Origin: Azolla caroliniana
Lineage: Eukaryota > Plantae > Polypodiophyta
Direction of reading: 5' to 3'
NCBI GenBank assembly: GCA_043228905.1
Contig: JBHGNT010000004.1
Location: forward strand, 434,001 to 498,000
DNA length: 64,000 bases
Shown: positions 46,335 to 56,557 of the stretch, piece by piece
How the letters are laid out: each line of letters begins with the position of its first letter
Position numbering within the stretch: the first letter of the stretch is position 1
Program-made: the position numbers and the translations under genes
The notes under the pieces: generated by a model
What the model was told of the DNA's origin: nothing
Seen by the model: only the letters and a program-made list of their open reading frames with translations
Databases searched by the model: none

Positions 46335-48216
46335 CGTAGAGTTGATTCTCACCGGTCGACTTGGAGCTCTTCATCTTCTTCTCCGACTCCCAGTCGGCGA
46401 GTGTCTTGTCCTCCATGAAGATGATATCTCGACTCCTGAATATCTTCTTGTCGACCGGGTCCCATACTCGGTAGCCGAACTCGTCGTCGCCGTAACCGAG
46501 GAATATGCATGGCCGGGTCTTTGGATCTAGCTTTCCTCTCCGGTCCTTTGCCACATGCACATATGCGAGACACCCGAACACCTTCAGATGCCGGTAGGAT
46601 ACTTCCCTACCGGTCCACACTCTCTGCGGCGTGTCTCCGTCCAAAGGTACTGAGGGTGATCTGTTTATCACGTATGTCGCCGTCGACATTCCCTTAGCCC
46701 AAAACCCCTTGGGTAATTTCGCATGCGCCAGCATACTCCGGACCCTCTCCATTATGGTCCGGTTCATCCTGTCGGCCAGCCCGTTCAGTTCCGGCGTCTT
46801 CGGCACAGTAAACTCAAGCCGGATTCCCTTCGAGCGACAGTACTCCGCGAACTGCCCCCGGTATTCCCCTCCGTTATCCGCTCGTATCGCTTTTAGCTTC
46901 TTGCCGGATTCCCTTTCCACTCTCGCGTGGAGTTCTTTGAAGACGCACAACACTTGGTCCTTTGTCTTCAACGGTGCCGTCCACAGCTTCCGGCTGTGAT
47001 CATCAATGAATGTTACGAAGTACTGGGCTCCGCCATGTGACTTCGTTTCTACCTGACACACATCAGTGTGCACCAACTCCAATGGTGCGCTACGTCTCGT
47101 CGGTGGCCTTGAGTGGAAGGAGGTTCGGTTCTGCTTACCGGCCAGGCAATCGGTGCACTTCTCCAGGTGCACATGCTTTACTGGAATAAGGTTGTCTTCT
47201 GCAAGCCTCTTCATCCCCTTCTCACTCATGTGGCACAGTCTCTTGTGCCACAGCTCACCGGCAGTGTCGGCTGCCACGTTCAACTCTTCCGGACACAACC
47301 AGGCATTCATAAGGTACAGTGTGTTGACTTTCTGGGCCCGAGCCACTATCAGGCTCCCCTTGCTGAACTTCATTACGCCGTTCCGGATGCTACCTGTGTA
47401 GCCTTCATCGTCTAGCCTCCCGACCGAAATCAGGTTCAATCGAACCTCCGGAACGTGTCAGACATCCTTCAGCAGCATTTTGCATCCGGTCGGGGTTGTC
47501 AACCACACATCTCCTATGCCGGCAATCCGGCACGTACCTTCATTTCCCATCCGAACACAGCCATGCTCACCGGCTGTGTAGGATGAGAAGTATCTTCTCT
47601 CCGGGGTCAGGTGGAACGATGCTCCGGAATCGACCACCCAGGTCGTCTCATCGCCGGCAATGTTTAGTTCACCTTCTTCGGTGATGAGCATGATTTCTTC
47701 CTCACTTGTCGCGAGTGCCGTCGTTCCTTTCCGGTCCTGCCCTCGCCGATCCGGACCTCTCCGGTCCGTGGCTCCCCGGTATGCACCGTTTCTCTCCGGT
47801 GACTTCTTCGAATCGGTGTTGTCGGCTCCGTTGTCTTTTCGGTAATGCCGACAATTCTTTCTGAAGTGCCCCGGCTTCCCACAATGGAAGCATGTGGGTC
47901 TTCCTCTTGACTGCGACCGGGTCCCCGACTTCTCTCGTCTTTGCGGACTCCGGTTCCATTGTCTTCCCCGTTCCGATTCGGTAAGCAGCGCCTTCGAGTC
48001 GGAGGCCGGTTCTTTATCTCTCCGACGCGCTTCTTCGTTCAAAATACTTGTCTTTACCGTTTGTAGGGACAAGTTATCTTCCGTGCAGGAGGTGCTGAGA
48101 GTCACCACCAAGTTCTCCCAGCTTTCCGGCAATGTACACATCAGAATGATGGCTTGCATTGCATCCTCCAGCGGGAACTTGATCGCCGCAAGCTGGTTCA
48201 CGAATCCCATGAACGT
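46335..48216 (-). pseudogene. Gag C-term, protease and integrase segment of C (premature TGA 47458-47460)
   Basis: CFHCGKPGHFRKNC, WVVDSGASFH, WHKRLCH..CTDC, RADNGGEY. Confidence 0.9.
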
Positions 48217-49003
48217 TGTCGAGATATTACGCAAGTGCGTGTGGAATCGAGGCGGGACCGCGGGGGTCTCGAACCAAAGAGCAAGCGAGGGAGGAGAAAG
48301 AGAGAGAACCGGCTACGCAGGGCCGGGGATACACAGGGACACGGCCCTTCAGCACGGAGAACGCGAACAGACACCGACACAGACAGATGCGAATGACTTA
48401 ATATGTATATTAAGAAAATGGCTAACACTACTACAACCCTCGATGGGGCACAGGTTGGTTACAACCGAACAGGCCGGCGAACAGATGCCGATGCCTGCTC
48501 GCTTCGAGGCACAAAACAGGGCAAGGGGGGGTAGCAGGTCGGAGGTGCTGCCGGAAGCACTCGGGCGTTCCTCGAAACAGCGCGAGCCTCCTCGGAACTC
48601 TGCACAGAAAGCTATGGAGCTCAAGAAGGAAGGAAACAGAGAGTGAAGTGTCCAGAAACGGTCCGACAGCACTTCCTCCTCTCTGCGCGATCTCCCTTTG
48701 CAACAGCTCTTTCCTGCTCTTATATAGCCCGACGAGCAGGCCGTCCTTTAGCTCGCGCGCGCGACCGAAAAGACTGTTCGCGCGGTCTTTGTCTCCACCT
48801 ATGTTAGGGCCCGTTCCTGCCGATTATCCTCCTAACTCGCTTCTTCATACAACTTGGAGCTTGCGCGCGTGAAGAACCGGTTCCCACGCCTAGGTGCGCC
48901 GATTCCGCCTATGGACGGTTTTCTTCACGACATCCGCCCCCACCTAACCGCGCATCCTCCGGTATGCGCCAAGAGAGTTGGGACTGAGAAAACCGGCCCG
49001 TCT

Positions 49004-52000
49004 TCATTCCTCGCCCGTCGGTTCTTCCTCGTTTTCGGATCGTTCGTCACTGCCGACCAGGAGAGCCGGGTCTGGCTCGTCGTCGTGTCGCTTCTTGAAC
49101 GCCTTGATCCGCTTCCCTGCAACCGGTATCGCCATTCTCGTGCCGTCGAGTTCCGCCAGGTGATATGTCCCGTTGTCATTGGCGCTCCGTACCACGTAAG
49201 GCCCGAACCACCTTCGTGCGAACTTCCGTGTAGCTCGGTGCTGGTTGTCGAGGCTGCTGTCGTAGACGAGCACCCAGTCACCTTCTTCGATTTTCTTCGG
49301 TCGGAGCCGGTGCGTTCGGTCGAACCTGGCTTTGTTCTTTTTCCTCGCCACCCGGAGCTTCTCCGCAGCCAGTTCCACGTCCTCCGGTCTCCGCTCGAGC
49401 TGTCGTATGCGCGCGGCCAACAACTCCTCCCGGCTCATCTCGTCCCTCCAGTCGACCGTTGCCCACGAGGAGATAGCCCGTTCTATCGGCATGATCGGCT
49501 TCTGGCCGAACATGAGCTCCGTCGGCATGTACCCGGTTACCGAACTATGCGTGGTCCGGTCTGCCCACAAAGCATAAGGTAGCAGCCGCGGCCAGTCACC
49601 GACTCGGCCTCCGCATGCCCGAACCAACGCCTTGACGATCGGTCCGTGTCCGCGCTCCACCTTTCCATTCGCCTCCGGATTGTACGCAGTGGTGAGCGAG
49701 AGCTTGACTCCCAGCCGGCCGAACAGCTCCGTGGCTTCTTCGGCGTCCAACTCCCCTCGGTCAGCCACGATCTTCCCGACGCACCCGTACCGGCATATCA
49801 CGTCCTCGATTAGGAACCGGCATACGGCCGCGGTCGTTTTGTTCGGAAGGGCCCGGCCTTCCACCTGGTTCGTCAGATCCTCCCGCGCTAGGACCAGGTA
49901 CCGCATCTGTCCTACCCCCATTGGCATCGTCACCAGATCTACCATCCATTTGAAGTGGATGGTCGGAGGGTACGTGGGGTGAAGCTCGTCCCGATGTCGG
50001 ACTATGGAGTGCATCTGACAGCTCTCGCAAGTTGTCACGAACCGATGCACGTCCCGGTACTGCCCCGGCCACCAATACTTCCCCTTCAGTTTCTCAAACG
50101 TAGCCCATGTTCCACGGTGTCCAGCCCAAGGGCTGTCGTGGTAGGCCGTCAGCAGCTCCTCCTGTTCTTCCTTCATCGCCACCACCCGGAGCGGAGCGCC
50201 GTCCTTCTTCTTCGGGTGCTTCCATAGATAGCCATCCCGGAGAAAGAACCGGTACGCTTTCTTCCGGATCCGGTTGGCCTCGTCCTTCGTCCATGACGCA
50301 TCGGGCGTCATTGTCTTCAAAAACCCACCGATCTGCAGCCACTCCCCGTCGTACTTGCTCGCGTCGAAGTCGTTAAGCGCCGGAGTGCTTGTTCCGTCGG
50401 TTGTTACATACGCAGTCTCGAAGAAGTCCACGCCGACGTCTTCGTCCTCCGAAACCATGCCGCCCTCGTCATCGAATCTCGCCCTTGAAAGCATGTCGGC
50501 CATGGCGTTGTCTTTCCCGGAAATGTGTCGTATTTCCGGGTCCAGGGACTTGATGTACGCTATCCACCTGAGCATTGCCAGGTCCGGCGTCGCGCATCCG
50601 GAAATCATGCCAAGAATCGGCATGCAATCCGTCTCTATGATTACCTCTGTCCCGATCAGATAGTCCTTGTCGGCCTTCACCGCCGAAACGATACCCCAGA
50701 GTTCGCGTTTAACCTGGGCGTATCCTCGCTGCCGTTCGCTGAGGACCTTCGCGCCGAATCGGATCGGAAACCGATTGCCGTCCTCGTCTTCTTGGTTGAC
50801 GACCCACCCGATTCCGGTCGGACTCGTGTCAACCGTTATGTACACTGGGGTGCCCTTCCTGTAGACGGCCTTTCGGAGCGCCGGTGTTGCCGAAAGAGCC
50901 TCCTTCAGCTTCCGGACCGACTCCGTGTGCTTGTCTAGCCATTCGAATCTTTGCCCTTTCCTCAATAATCCGTATAGCGGCTCCGCAACATGGGCGTAAT
51001 GCGGGATCCATATGTGGTAGAATGCGCATGCCCCCAGGAATCTTCGTACTTCCGTGACCGAGCTGCAGTCGGGCTTCATCGCGGAGATGGCTTCTACCTT
51101 TGCCGGAGACGGTTTCCGGCCATATGGCCCACATAAGTGTCCGACCACCATGATTTCCGACTGCCCGAAGGCTGATTTCTCCCCCGAGAAGGTGAGCCTC
51201 GCATCCTCTAGCCTTTGCAGCACCTTCTCGCAGTCGTCGATGTGCGTTACCACGAATCGCCGGCATCCGTCCGGCCCGATCGTCTCGTCCTTCTCTTCTA
51301 CCGGGCATCCCTTGATCGGGATGTCGTCTAGAAACGGCATGGTGATGTCCGGGATGCAGTCCCTCAGCACCTTGTTCATTGCATTCACCATGTGCGCCAC
51401 CGAGTTGGTCCCTCCTTGCGGCAGCGTACACATCCGCACTAGGCCGAGGGGAGTTCGCATCGTCGTAATGTCTCTGCTCTCCACGGCTAGCTGGAACTCG
51501 TCGTACCCTGAGTATAGATCACCGACCGAGTAAATCGACCTTCCGGCGAAGGCCTCCGCGAACTCGTCTATGGTCGGTCCGATCCCTGCGTTCCGAATGG
51601 TCACTCTGTTGACCGGCTGCAGGTCCTGAATGAAGCGCAATGATCCGTTTTTCTTTGGTACGGTAAACCATCGGTTTGAATACGGGGCGCTCGATGGCTC
51701 GAGAATGCCCATATCAACTTTCTGCTTCAACAGCCCCATCAACTTCGGGATGTGAGCTCTCGGAACCGGAATTGGCTTGAGATTCCACGGTACATGCGGT
51801 ACTGTGAATATCACCATCGGTTCTACGATCGTCGGGTCTACGCACCCGATTTCCTCCGGTGAGAATGCGAAGGCTTTCCCGTGCCTTCCGAGCATTCTCC
51901 GGAACCGGTCTTCCTCCGCCGGCAGTAGGAACCCGCCCCCACCGATCTTCAGCTCGCGGAGCGTCTCGTTGGTGAAGGTGTGTCCTATGCAGGCCCGATC

Positions 52001-52492
52001 TCGTAAGCTGGGGTCCGATGCAACCCCTTTAATCCGGGATTCACTGCCCTCCGGTAAGGGCGCCGCAACTGGCCTCACCTTCCGGTCCACCGTCTTGTAC
52101 TTGGTGCTCACTCGGGCCGTCCGTTCCGACTCGAGCCCTCGACCGAAGTCCGCGATGACTTCGTACATTTCTTCTGAACATACCGGTATCGCCCGGTCCT
52201 CGATAAGGTCTTCTTCGACTACCCTCCCCAACATTCCCAAGGTGTCGTCGAAGGAGACTGCCTCCACGGCTCCGTTGATTTCTTCGTCAGGGCCGAGAAC
52301 TCCGCACGCCCGAAGTCTCCCCTCCGTCTTTGTTTTCTCTCGGCCGGTGATGCCGACCATCGTACATGCTCCGCTGTTGGAGAAGCAAAATTTCCTACCT
52401 ATTGTACACGGTTTTATCGTACAGATGTGGGGTTTTCCCGGAGCATCCGGACTGTCGCGGCCCCACGCCTTGGCAGTCCTCTCTAAAAATCC
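49004..52492 (-). CDS. pol: Pol (RT, RNase H, integrase) of F, entered by predicted -1 frameshift
   Basis: Frame is open upstream of ATG 52360 through the gag stop to a TAA at ~52524; same motifs as E Pol. Confidence 0.93.
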   Translation of the reverse strand, partial: GFLERTAKAWGRDSPDAPGKPHICTIKPCTIGRKFCFSNSGACTMVGITGREKTKTEGRLRACGVLGPDEEINGAVEAVSFDDTLGMLGRVVEEDLIEDRAIPVCSEEMYEVIADFGRGLESERTARVSTKYKTVDRKVRPVAAPLPEGSESRIKGVASDPSLRDRACIGHTFTNETLRELKIGGGGFLLPAEEDRFRRMLGRHGKAFAFSPEEIGCVDPTIVEPMVIFTVPHVPWNLKPIPVPRAHIPKLMGLLKQKVDMGILEPSSAPYSNRWFTVPKKNGSLRFIQDLQPVNRVTIRNAGIGPTIDEFAEAFAGRSIYSVGDLYSGYDEFQLAVESRDITTMRTPLGLVRMCTLPQGGTNSVAHMVNAMNKVLRDCIPDITMPFLDDIPIKGCPVEEKDETIGPDGCRRFVVTHIDDCEKVLQRLEDARLTFSGEKSAFGQSEIMVVGHLCGPYGRKPSPAKVEAISAMKPDCSSVTEVRRFLGACAFYHIWIPHYAHVAEPLYGLLRKGQRFEWLDKHTESVRKLKEALSATPALRKAVYRKGTPVYITVDTSPTGIGWVVNQEDEDGNRFPIRFGAKVLSERQRGYAQVKRELWGIVSAVKADKDYLIGTEVIIETDCMPILGMISGCATPDLAMLRWIAYIKSLDPEIRHISGKDNAMADMLSRARFDDEGGMVSEDEDVGVDFFETAYVTTDGTSTPALNDFDASKYDGEWLQIGGFLKTMTPDASWTKDEANRIRKKAYRFFLRDGYLWKHPKKKDGAPLRVVAMKEEQEELLTAYHDSPWAGHRGTWATFEKLKGKYWWPGQYRDVHRFVTTCESCQMHSIVRHRDELHPTYPPTIHFKWMVDLVTMPMGVGQMRYLVLAREDLTNQVEGRALPNKTTAAVCRFLIEDVICRYGCVGKIVADRGELDAEEATELFGRLGVKLSLTTAYNPEANGKVERGHGPIVKALVRACGGRVGDWPRLLPYALWADRTTHSSVTGYMPTELMFGQKPIMPIERAISSWATVDWRDEMSREELLAARIRQLERRPEDVELAAEKLRVARKKNKARFDRTHRLRPKKIEEGDWVLVYDSSLDNQHRATRKFARRWFGPYVVRSANDNGTYHLAELDGTRMAIPVAGKRIKAFKKRHDDEPDPALLVGSDERSENEEEPTGEE
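52427..52492 (-). promoter_or_regulatory. Predicted -1 ribosomal frameshift signal (slippery GGAUUUU, 6-nt spacer, pseudoknot); second copy 43381-43446
   Basis: G GAU UUU UAG; stem 1 GGACUG/CAGUCC; stem 2 GUGGGG/CCCCAC. Confidence 0.75.
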
Positions 52493-54609
52493 TCTCGGTT
52501 TTCGGAACCGAGGGAGTCGCGGTTACGTTCGTGGTTCGGCCGTACCGTCAGAAACTGGACCGAATGGCGCCCGTCTTGGCTTTTGACCCTCGCGTAGGCC
52601 GAACCATTGTCCAGCACCTTGGTCTCCATTCGCGCCGCCGTGATGTACGGCTCTCCCAGTATGACCGGATGCGAAGACGTCTCCTGCACGAAGAAGTGCT
52701 GGTCAATCTCGACGTCGCCGATCTTGACTCGCACATTCGGACAGGCCCCGTGCAGTTCCTCGGTGGCGCGCGTTGCTGCCCTTATTTTCCACCCGTGCTT
52801 GGTGTTGATCGGCCATTTGCCCTTCTTATAGAAGTCCATGGACATCAAGTTGATCTCCGATCCGTGGTCCACCAAAGCTATCACCGGTTCCTGGACATCG
52901 CCGATCTTCACCGGGGTTTCCGTGGTCGCTCGGGCCCAGTGTGGTCTCGAATAGTGGCTTTCCGCCCACTCGTCTCCCAGCGCCATGTCGTCTAGGTGCG
53001 TCGTCCGCACTTCCACTTGTCTTTCCGGTTCTGTCTCCGTTGACAGCCTCTTCCGTTTCACCAAGTCCACGATGGAGTCGTGGAACTCCTTCTTGGCGAT
53101 TCCCAGCACCTCTCGTAACGACAGCTCCACCTTGCTGTCGAGGATCCGTTCCTCCAGGACCTTTCGTAAGTTCGTGGTCCTTTCTATCTCCGTCCCCAGA
53201 CGGTACCCGCCCTTCTGGGGTTTATCTTGCGTACCGGCCCCGCCGGCTTCGTCCCGTCGTGGCCCGGACCGGGTCTCGTATCGTTGTGAGGGCCCGGTCG
53301 TCCCGGGTTTCCCCACCCGCTTCTCTTCTACCAGGGCCTCGTGGTTCTGGCAAGCGGCTTCCACGAAGCCCGTCTTTTCCTCGACAGGGTCGCTCCACCC
53401 GGTCATCTCCCGTACCCGTTTCTCCGCACGGTCCGATTCCTCCCTTTTAAGCCTCGCATCGGCAAGGCCTTCCAGCATCGTCGGCCAGAATCCGGTTTTG
53501 CTTTCCCTTCGGGCCTCGCCGCCCCCGACTCGAATGCCGGCCGACGCCGAGTAGTGGACGGTTTCCGCGTGTCGGGCCGCCGCCTCTTCCATCAACCTTT
53601 TCATACCACCTCGCCCGTCGTTTCGGCTCAGGGCCCTTCGGGTGTCGCTGGCATGCACCCGTCCTTCCCACAGGTACACCACCCTGTTCCTCAGCGCCTC
53701 CGCGAAGTCGCCGCAGTCCTTCCGAATGTGGCCGACTTCATCGCACCACATGCACTTGTTTCCTGCCGCCGGCCGTCGGTCACGAGCCGGTTCGCCACCT
53801 TCCCTTCGGGCTTGCGCGATTTGGAGGTCCTTTATCGCCCTCGTCAATTCCTCCAGCGCCGCTCCTCCGGTCGAGCCTCTGACTACGCCGGTCGAAGCCG
53901 AACCGGTTTCCAACCACTCTCGGGTCTCTTCCTTTCGCACCTGTGGCGCTGGTTCGAGCTTCCTTGCTGCGACCGAGCCCGACCCAGCTGCCCCGTTATC
54001 CGCCCATTCTCGCCGTTTGTCGAAACGGCCACAGACTTTCTTGACAGCCGCCCAGTCGGTAGTGAGCCCGTCTTCGGTTTCCAGCAAGAGGCCCACGTGC
54101 TCCCGATCCCGCTCGTCGACCGACTTGACAAACAGCAAGACCCGGCTCGTGTCCAGGATGGTTCGGTCGAGCGCCGAAAGGCGCGCAAAGTTTTCCTCGA
54201 ACTCCCGGAGGAGTGCCGTCGCGTTTCTTCCCTTCCCCGGGGACTCCACCCATTCCATGAACCTTAGCTTTGAAAGCCGGAGCGCGTCGTCCAGCCCGTA
54301 TTTCTCTAGGAGCCGTCCTTCGAACTCCTCCCAGGTACGGCTCTCCGCCCGCACCTCGAGCACCTCCGCATGGATGCTCGGCATCGCCACTCGAGGAAAT
54401 CCGCCAAGACGCCTTTCTTCCGGAATGTCCCGCATCAGCATCTCTGCACCGTAGGACGCCAAATACTTCGTGGCATCCTTCCCATCGAACCGGCCGATCG
54501 TGCCGACGACCGCCTCAATAGCTCTGTCGAGGGCACCGGTGCCCTCGCGCGCGTTTACAATCCGATCCACGGCCGAAGCCATGGCCTCTGCAAGATCCGA
54601 CCCCCTCAT
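52483..54609 (-). CDS. gag: Gag-protease polyprotein of F (708 aa from ATG 54609)
   Basis: Starts 23 nt after PBS; CCHC knuckle CMWCDEVGHIRKDC; aspartic protease ALVDHGSEINLM..VILGEPY. Confidence 0.92.
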   Translation of the reverse strand: MRGSDLAEAMASAVDRIVNAREGTGALDRAIEAVVGTIGRFDGKDATKYLASYGAEMLMRDIPEERRLGGFPRVAMPSIHAEVLEVRAESRTWEEFEGRLLEKYGLDDALRLSKLRFMEWVESPGKGRNATALLREFEENFARLSALDRTILDTSRVLLFVKSVDERDREHVGLLLETEDGLTTDWAAVKKVCGRFDKRREWADNGAAGSGSVAARKLEPAPQVRKEETREWLETGSASTGVVRGSTGGAALEELTRAIKDLQIAQARREGGEPARDRRPAAGNKCMWCDEVGHIRKDCGDFAEALRNRVVYLWEGRVHASDTRRALSRNDGRGGMKRLMEEAAARHAETVHYSASAGIRVGGGEARRESKTGFWPTMLEGLADARLKREESDRAEKRVREMTGWSDPVEEKTGFVEAACQNHEALVEEKRVGKPGTTGPSQRYETRSGPRRDEAGGAGTQDKPQKGGYRLGTEIERTTNLRKVLEERILDSKVELSLREVLGIAKKEFHDSIVDLVKRKRLSTETEPERQVEVRTTHLDDMALGDEWAESHYSRPHWARATTETPVKIGDVQEPVIALVDHGSEINLMSMDFYKKGKWPINTKHGWKIRAATRATEELHGACPNVRVKIGDVEIDQHFFVQETSSHPVILGEPYITAARMETKVLDNGSAYARVKSQDGRHSVQFLTVRPNHERNRDSLGSENREDF

Positions 54610-54631
54610 TTTCTGCTCTTCTGCCGCCTCT

Positions 54632-54649
54632 TTCACGTCGGGTTCACCA
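54632..54649 (-). promoter_or_regulatory. Primer binding site, tRNA-Trp
   Basis: TGGTGAACCCGACGTGAA, 18-nt complement of the plant cytosolic tRNA-Trp 3' end (..UUCACGUCGGGUUCACCA, recalled from memory); repeated in E, H, I, K. Confidence 0.85.
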
Positions 54650-55369
54650 AAGATGTCGAGATATTACGCAAGTGCGTGTGGAATCGAGGCGGGACCGCGG
54701 GGGTCTCGAACCAAAGAGCAAGCGAGGGAGGAGAAAGAGAGAGAACCGGCTACGCAGGGCCGGGGATACACAGGGACACGGCCCTTCAGCACGGAGAACG
54801 CGAACAGACACCGACACAGACAGATGCGAATGACTTAATATGTATATTAAGAAAATGGCTAACACTACTACAACCCTCGATGGGGCACAGGTTGGTTACA
54901 ACCGAACAGGCCGGCGAACAGATGCCGATGCCTGCTCGCTTCGAGGCACAAAACAGGGCAAGGGGGGGTAGCAGGTCGGAGGTGCTGCCGGAAGCACTCG
55001 GGCGTTCCTCGAAACAGCGCGAGCCTCCTCGGAACTCTGCACAGAAAGCTATGGAGCTCAAGAAGGAAGGAAACAGAGAGTGAAGCATCCAGAAACGGTC
55101 CGACAGCACTTCCTCCTCTCTGCGCGATCTCCCTTTGCAACAGCTCTTTCCTGCTCTTATATAGCCCGACGAGCAGGCCGTCCTTTAGCTCGCGCGCGCG
55201 ACCGAAAAGACTGTTCGCGCGGTCTTTGTCTCCACCTATGTTAGGGCCCGTTCCTGCCGATTATCCTCCTAACTCGCTTCTTCATACAACTTGGAGCTTG
55301 CGCGCGTGAAGAACCGGTTCCCACGCCTAGGTGCGCCGATTCCGCCTATGGACGGTTTTCTTCACGACA

Positions 55370-55745
55370 ACGTGCTTACGTGTTCCACCATACTCTCGCC
55401 GTCCCGGTACTTGAGGTTCACTATCTTCCTCATCAGGGAGGTCCGGTTCAACGCATTCTTCCTCTCGTAGAGGCCCGACAGCTTCCGCCACATCTCATAT
55501 GCGTTGGTGTCGTTCGCCACATGTTGCAGAACGCTCACGTCGACGTATTGCCGAATGGTTGCAACGGCTTTCCGGTTCAGAAGCCTCCATTCCGACTCAA
55601 GTACCCCCTTCGGTATTTCCGACCTGTCAATCGGTTCGTACAGGTCCCGAACAATCAGAAGATCCTCCATCTTGATCTTCCAGTCGGCGTAATTCTGCGC
55701 ATTCAGCACCATCATCCCCGGCTGCCCGCTGCCGCCGCCTTCCAT
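55370..55745 (-). pseudogene. gag: Gag N-terminus of C
   Basis: ATG 55745 just after PBS; LNAQNYADWKIKMEDLL; joins 48216 in frame (HVST-FMGF) after removing F. Confidence 0.88.
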
Positions 55746-56459
55746 TTTCTGCAGCAGTTCGCTCTGATACCAAATTGATGGAAGTTTAATCGACACTTTC
55801 CAAGCTTCACTTCTCGGCCACAACCAAGGAAACACACGAATCGTTGTTGCAGAAAATGGGAAATGCGAAAGATAGAGTGGACACACGATTTATCGTGGAA
55901 AACCCTATACGGGAAAAACCACGGGAGTACAAGACTCCGAACCAAAACTATGCACAGAGAAGTATACAATGGCGAGCTGCAAGGCGACGACCTTGAGCTC
56001 CCTGTCCTCGCCACAGGCGGCGGAAATACACAGAGGCGTCGACCTCTTCCTCTCTCACGCTCTATCTCTCTCACGGCTGCTCACTCTTCACTCCTCTTGA
56101 GTGGAAAAACAGAAAAAATAAGAACCAACGACATAAAACTGTTTGCCCTAAGTCATATTTACACACATATGACTTTCGGGCTATTTACAAATATAGCCTC
56201 AAGGGCCCTTGGCAAACATATTCACAAATATGTCCCCGCATCTGGATCTCTCTCCGGGTACATTCGTCATCCGGCTCCGTAGCCGGGGTCTTCATCATCC
56301 GGCTCCGTAACCGGGGTCTTCATCATCCGGCTCCGTAACCGGGGTCTTCATCATCCGGCTCCGTAGCCGAGGTCTTCATCATCCGGCTCCGTAGCCGGGG
56401 TCTTCATCATCCGATTCCCGGACATCCGACCATCCCATCCGGAGGGACCGTAATCCCAA

Positions 56460-56496
<37 letters not shown>

Positions 56497-56557
56497 CCTC
56501 GGTCCAAGACCCCCGTGGTCCCGCCCCTTCTACACGCACGCGCGTAACAACGCGACA

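Larger units (their letters stand above)
48217..55369 (-). mobile_element. Element F: full-length, apparently intact autonomous Ty3/gypsy (7153 bp); LTRs 48217-48932 and 54654-55369 (716 bp)
   Basis: LTRs differ at one dinucleotide (TG vs CA), 4-bp TSD ACGT (48213-48216 / 55370-55373), PBS, PPT, two open ORFs. Confidence 0.97.
31754..56461 (-). mobile_element. Element C: Ty1/copia, interrupted by D and F; LTRs 31754-32439 and 55776-56461 (686 bp), PBS 55761-55772
   Basis: Matching LTRs, TSD TCTCT in a (CT)n tract, TGGTATCAGAGC PBS, PPT at 32440-32452, ORF pieces rejoin across both insertions. Confidence 0.93.
29373..56557 (+). mobile_element. Element G: 3' part of a Ty3/gypsy element; 3' LTR split into 31116-31753 and 56462-56557 by copia C
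   Basis: Pol remnant, PPT, LTR start TGTCGTGAAGAAAACCG at 31116, family U5 end GACCCCCGTGGTCCC..AACGCGACA at 56557. Confidence 0.82.

Noticed and set aside
49004-49200. Chromodomain at the integrase C-terminus
   Set aside because: Ends shortly after the GPY-type motif with an acidic tail; no chromodomain-like sequence
40030-55140. Many 100-300 aa antisense or alternate-frame ORFs over gag/pol and in LTRs
   Set aside because: Expected shadows of GC-rich coding sequence; no motifs; duplicated only because the elements are duplicated
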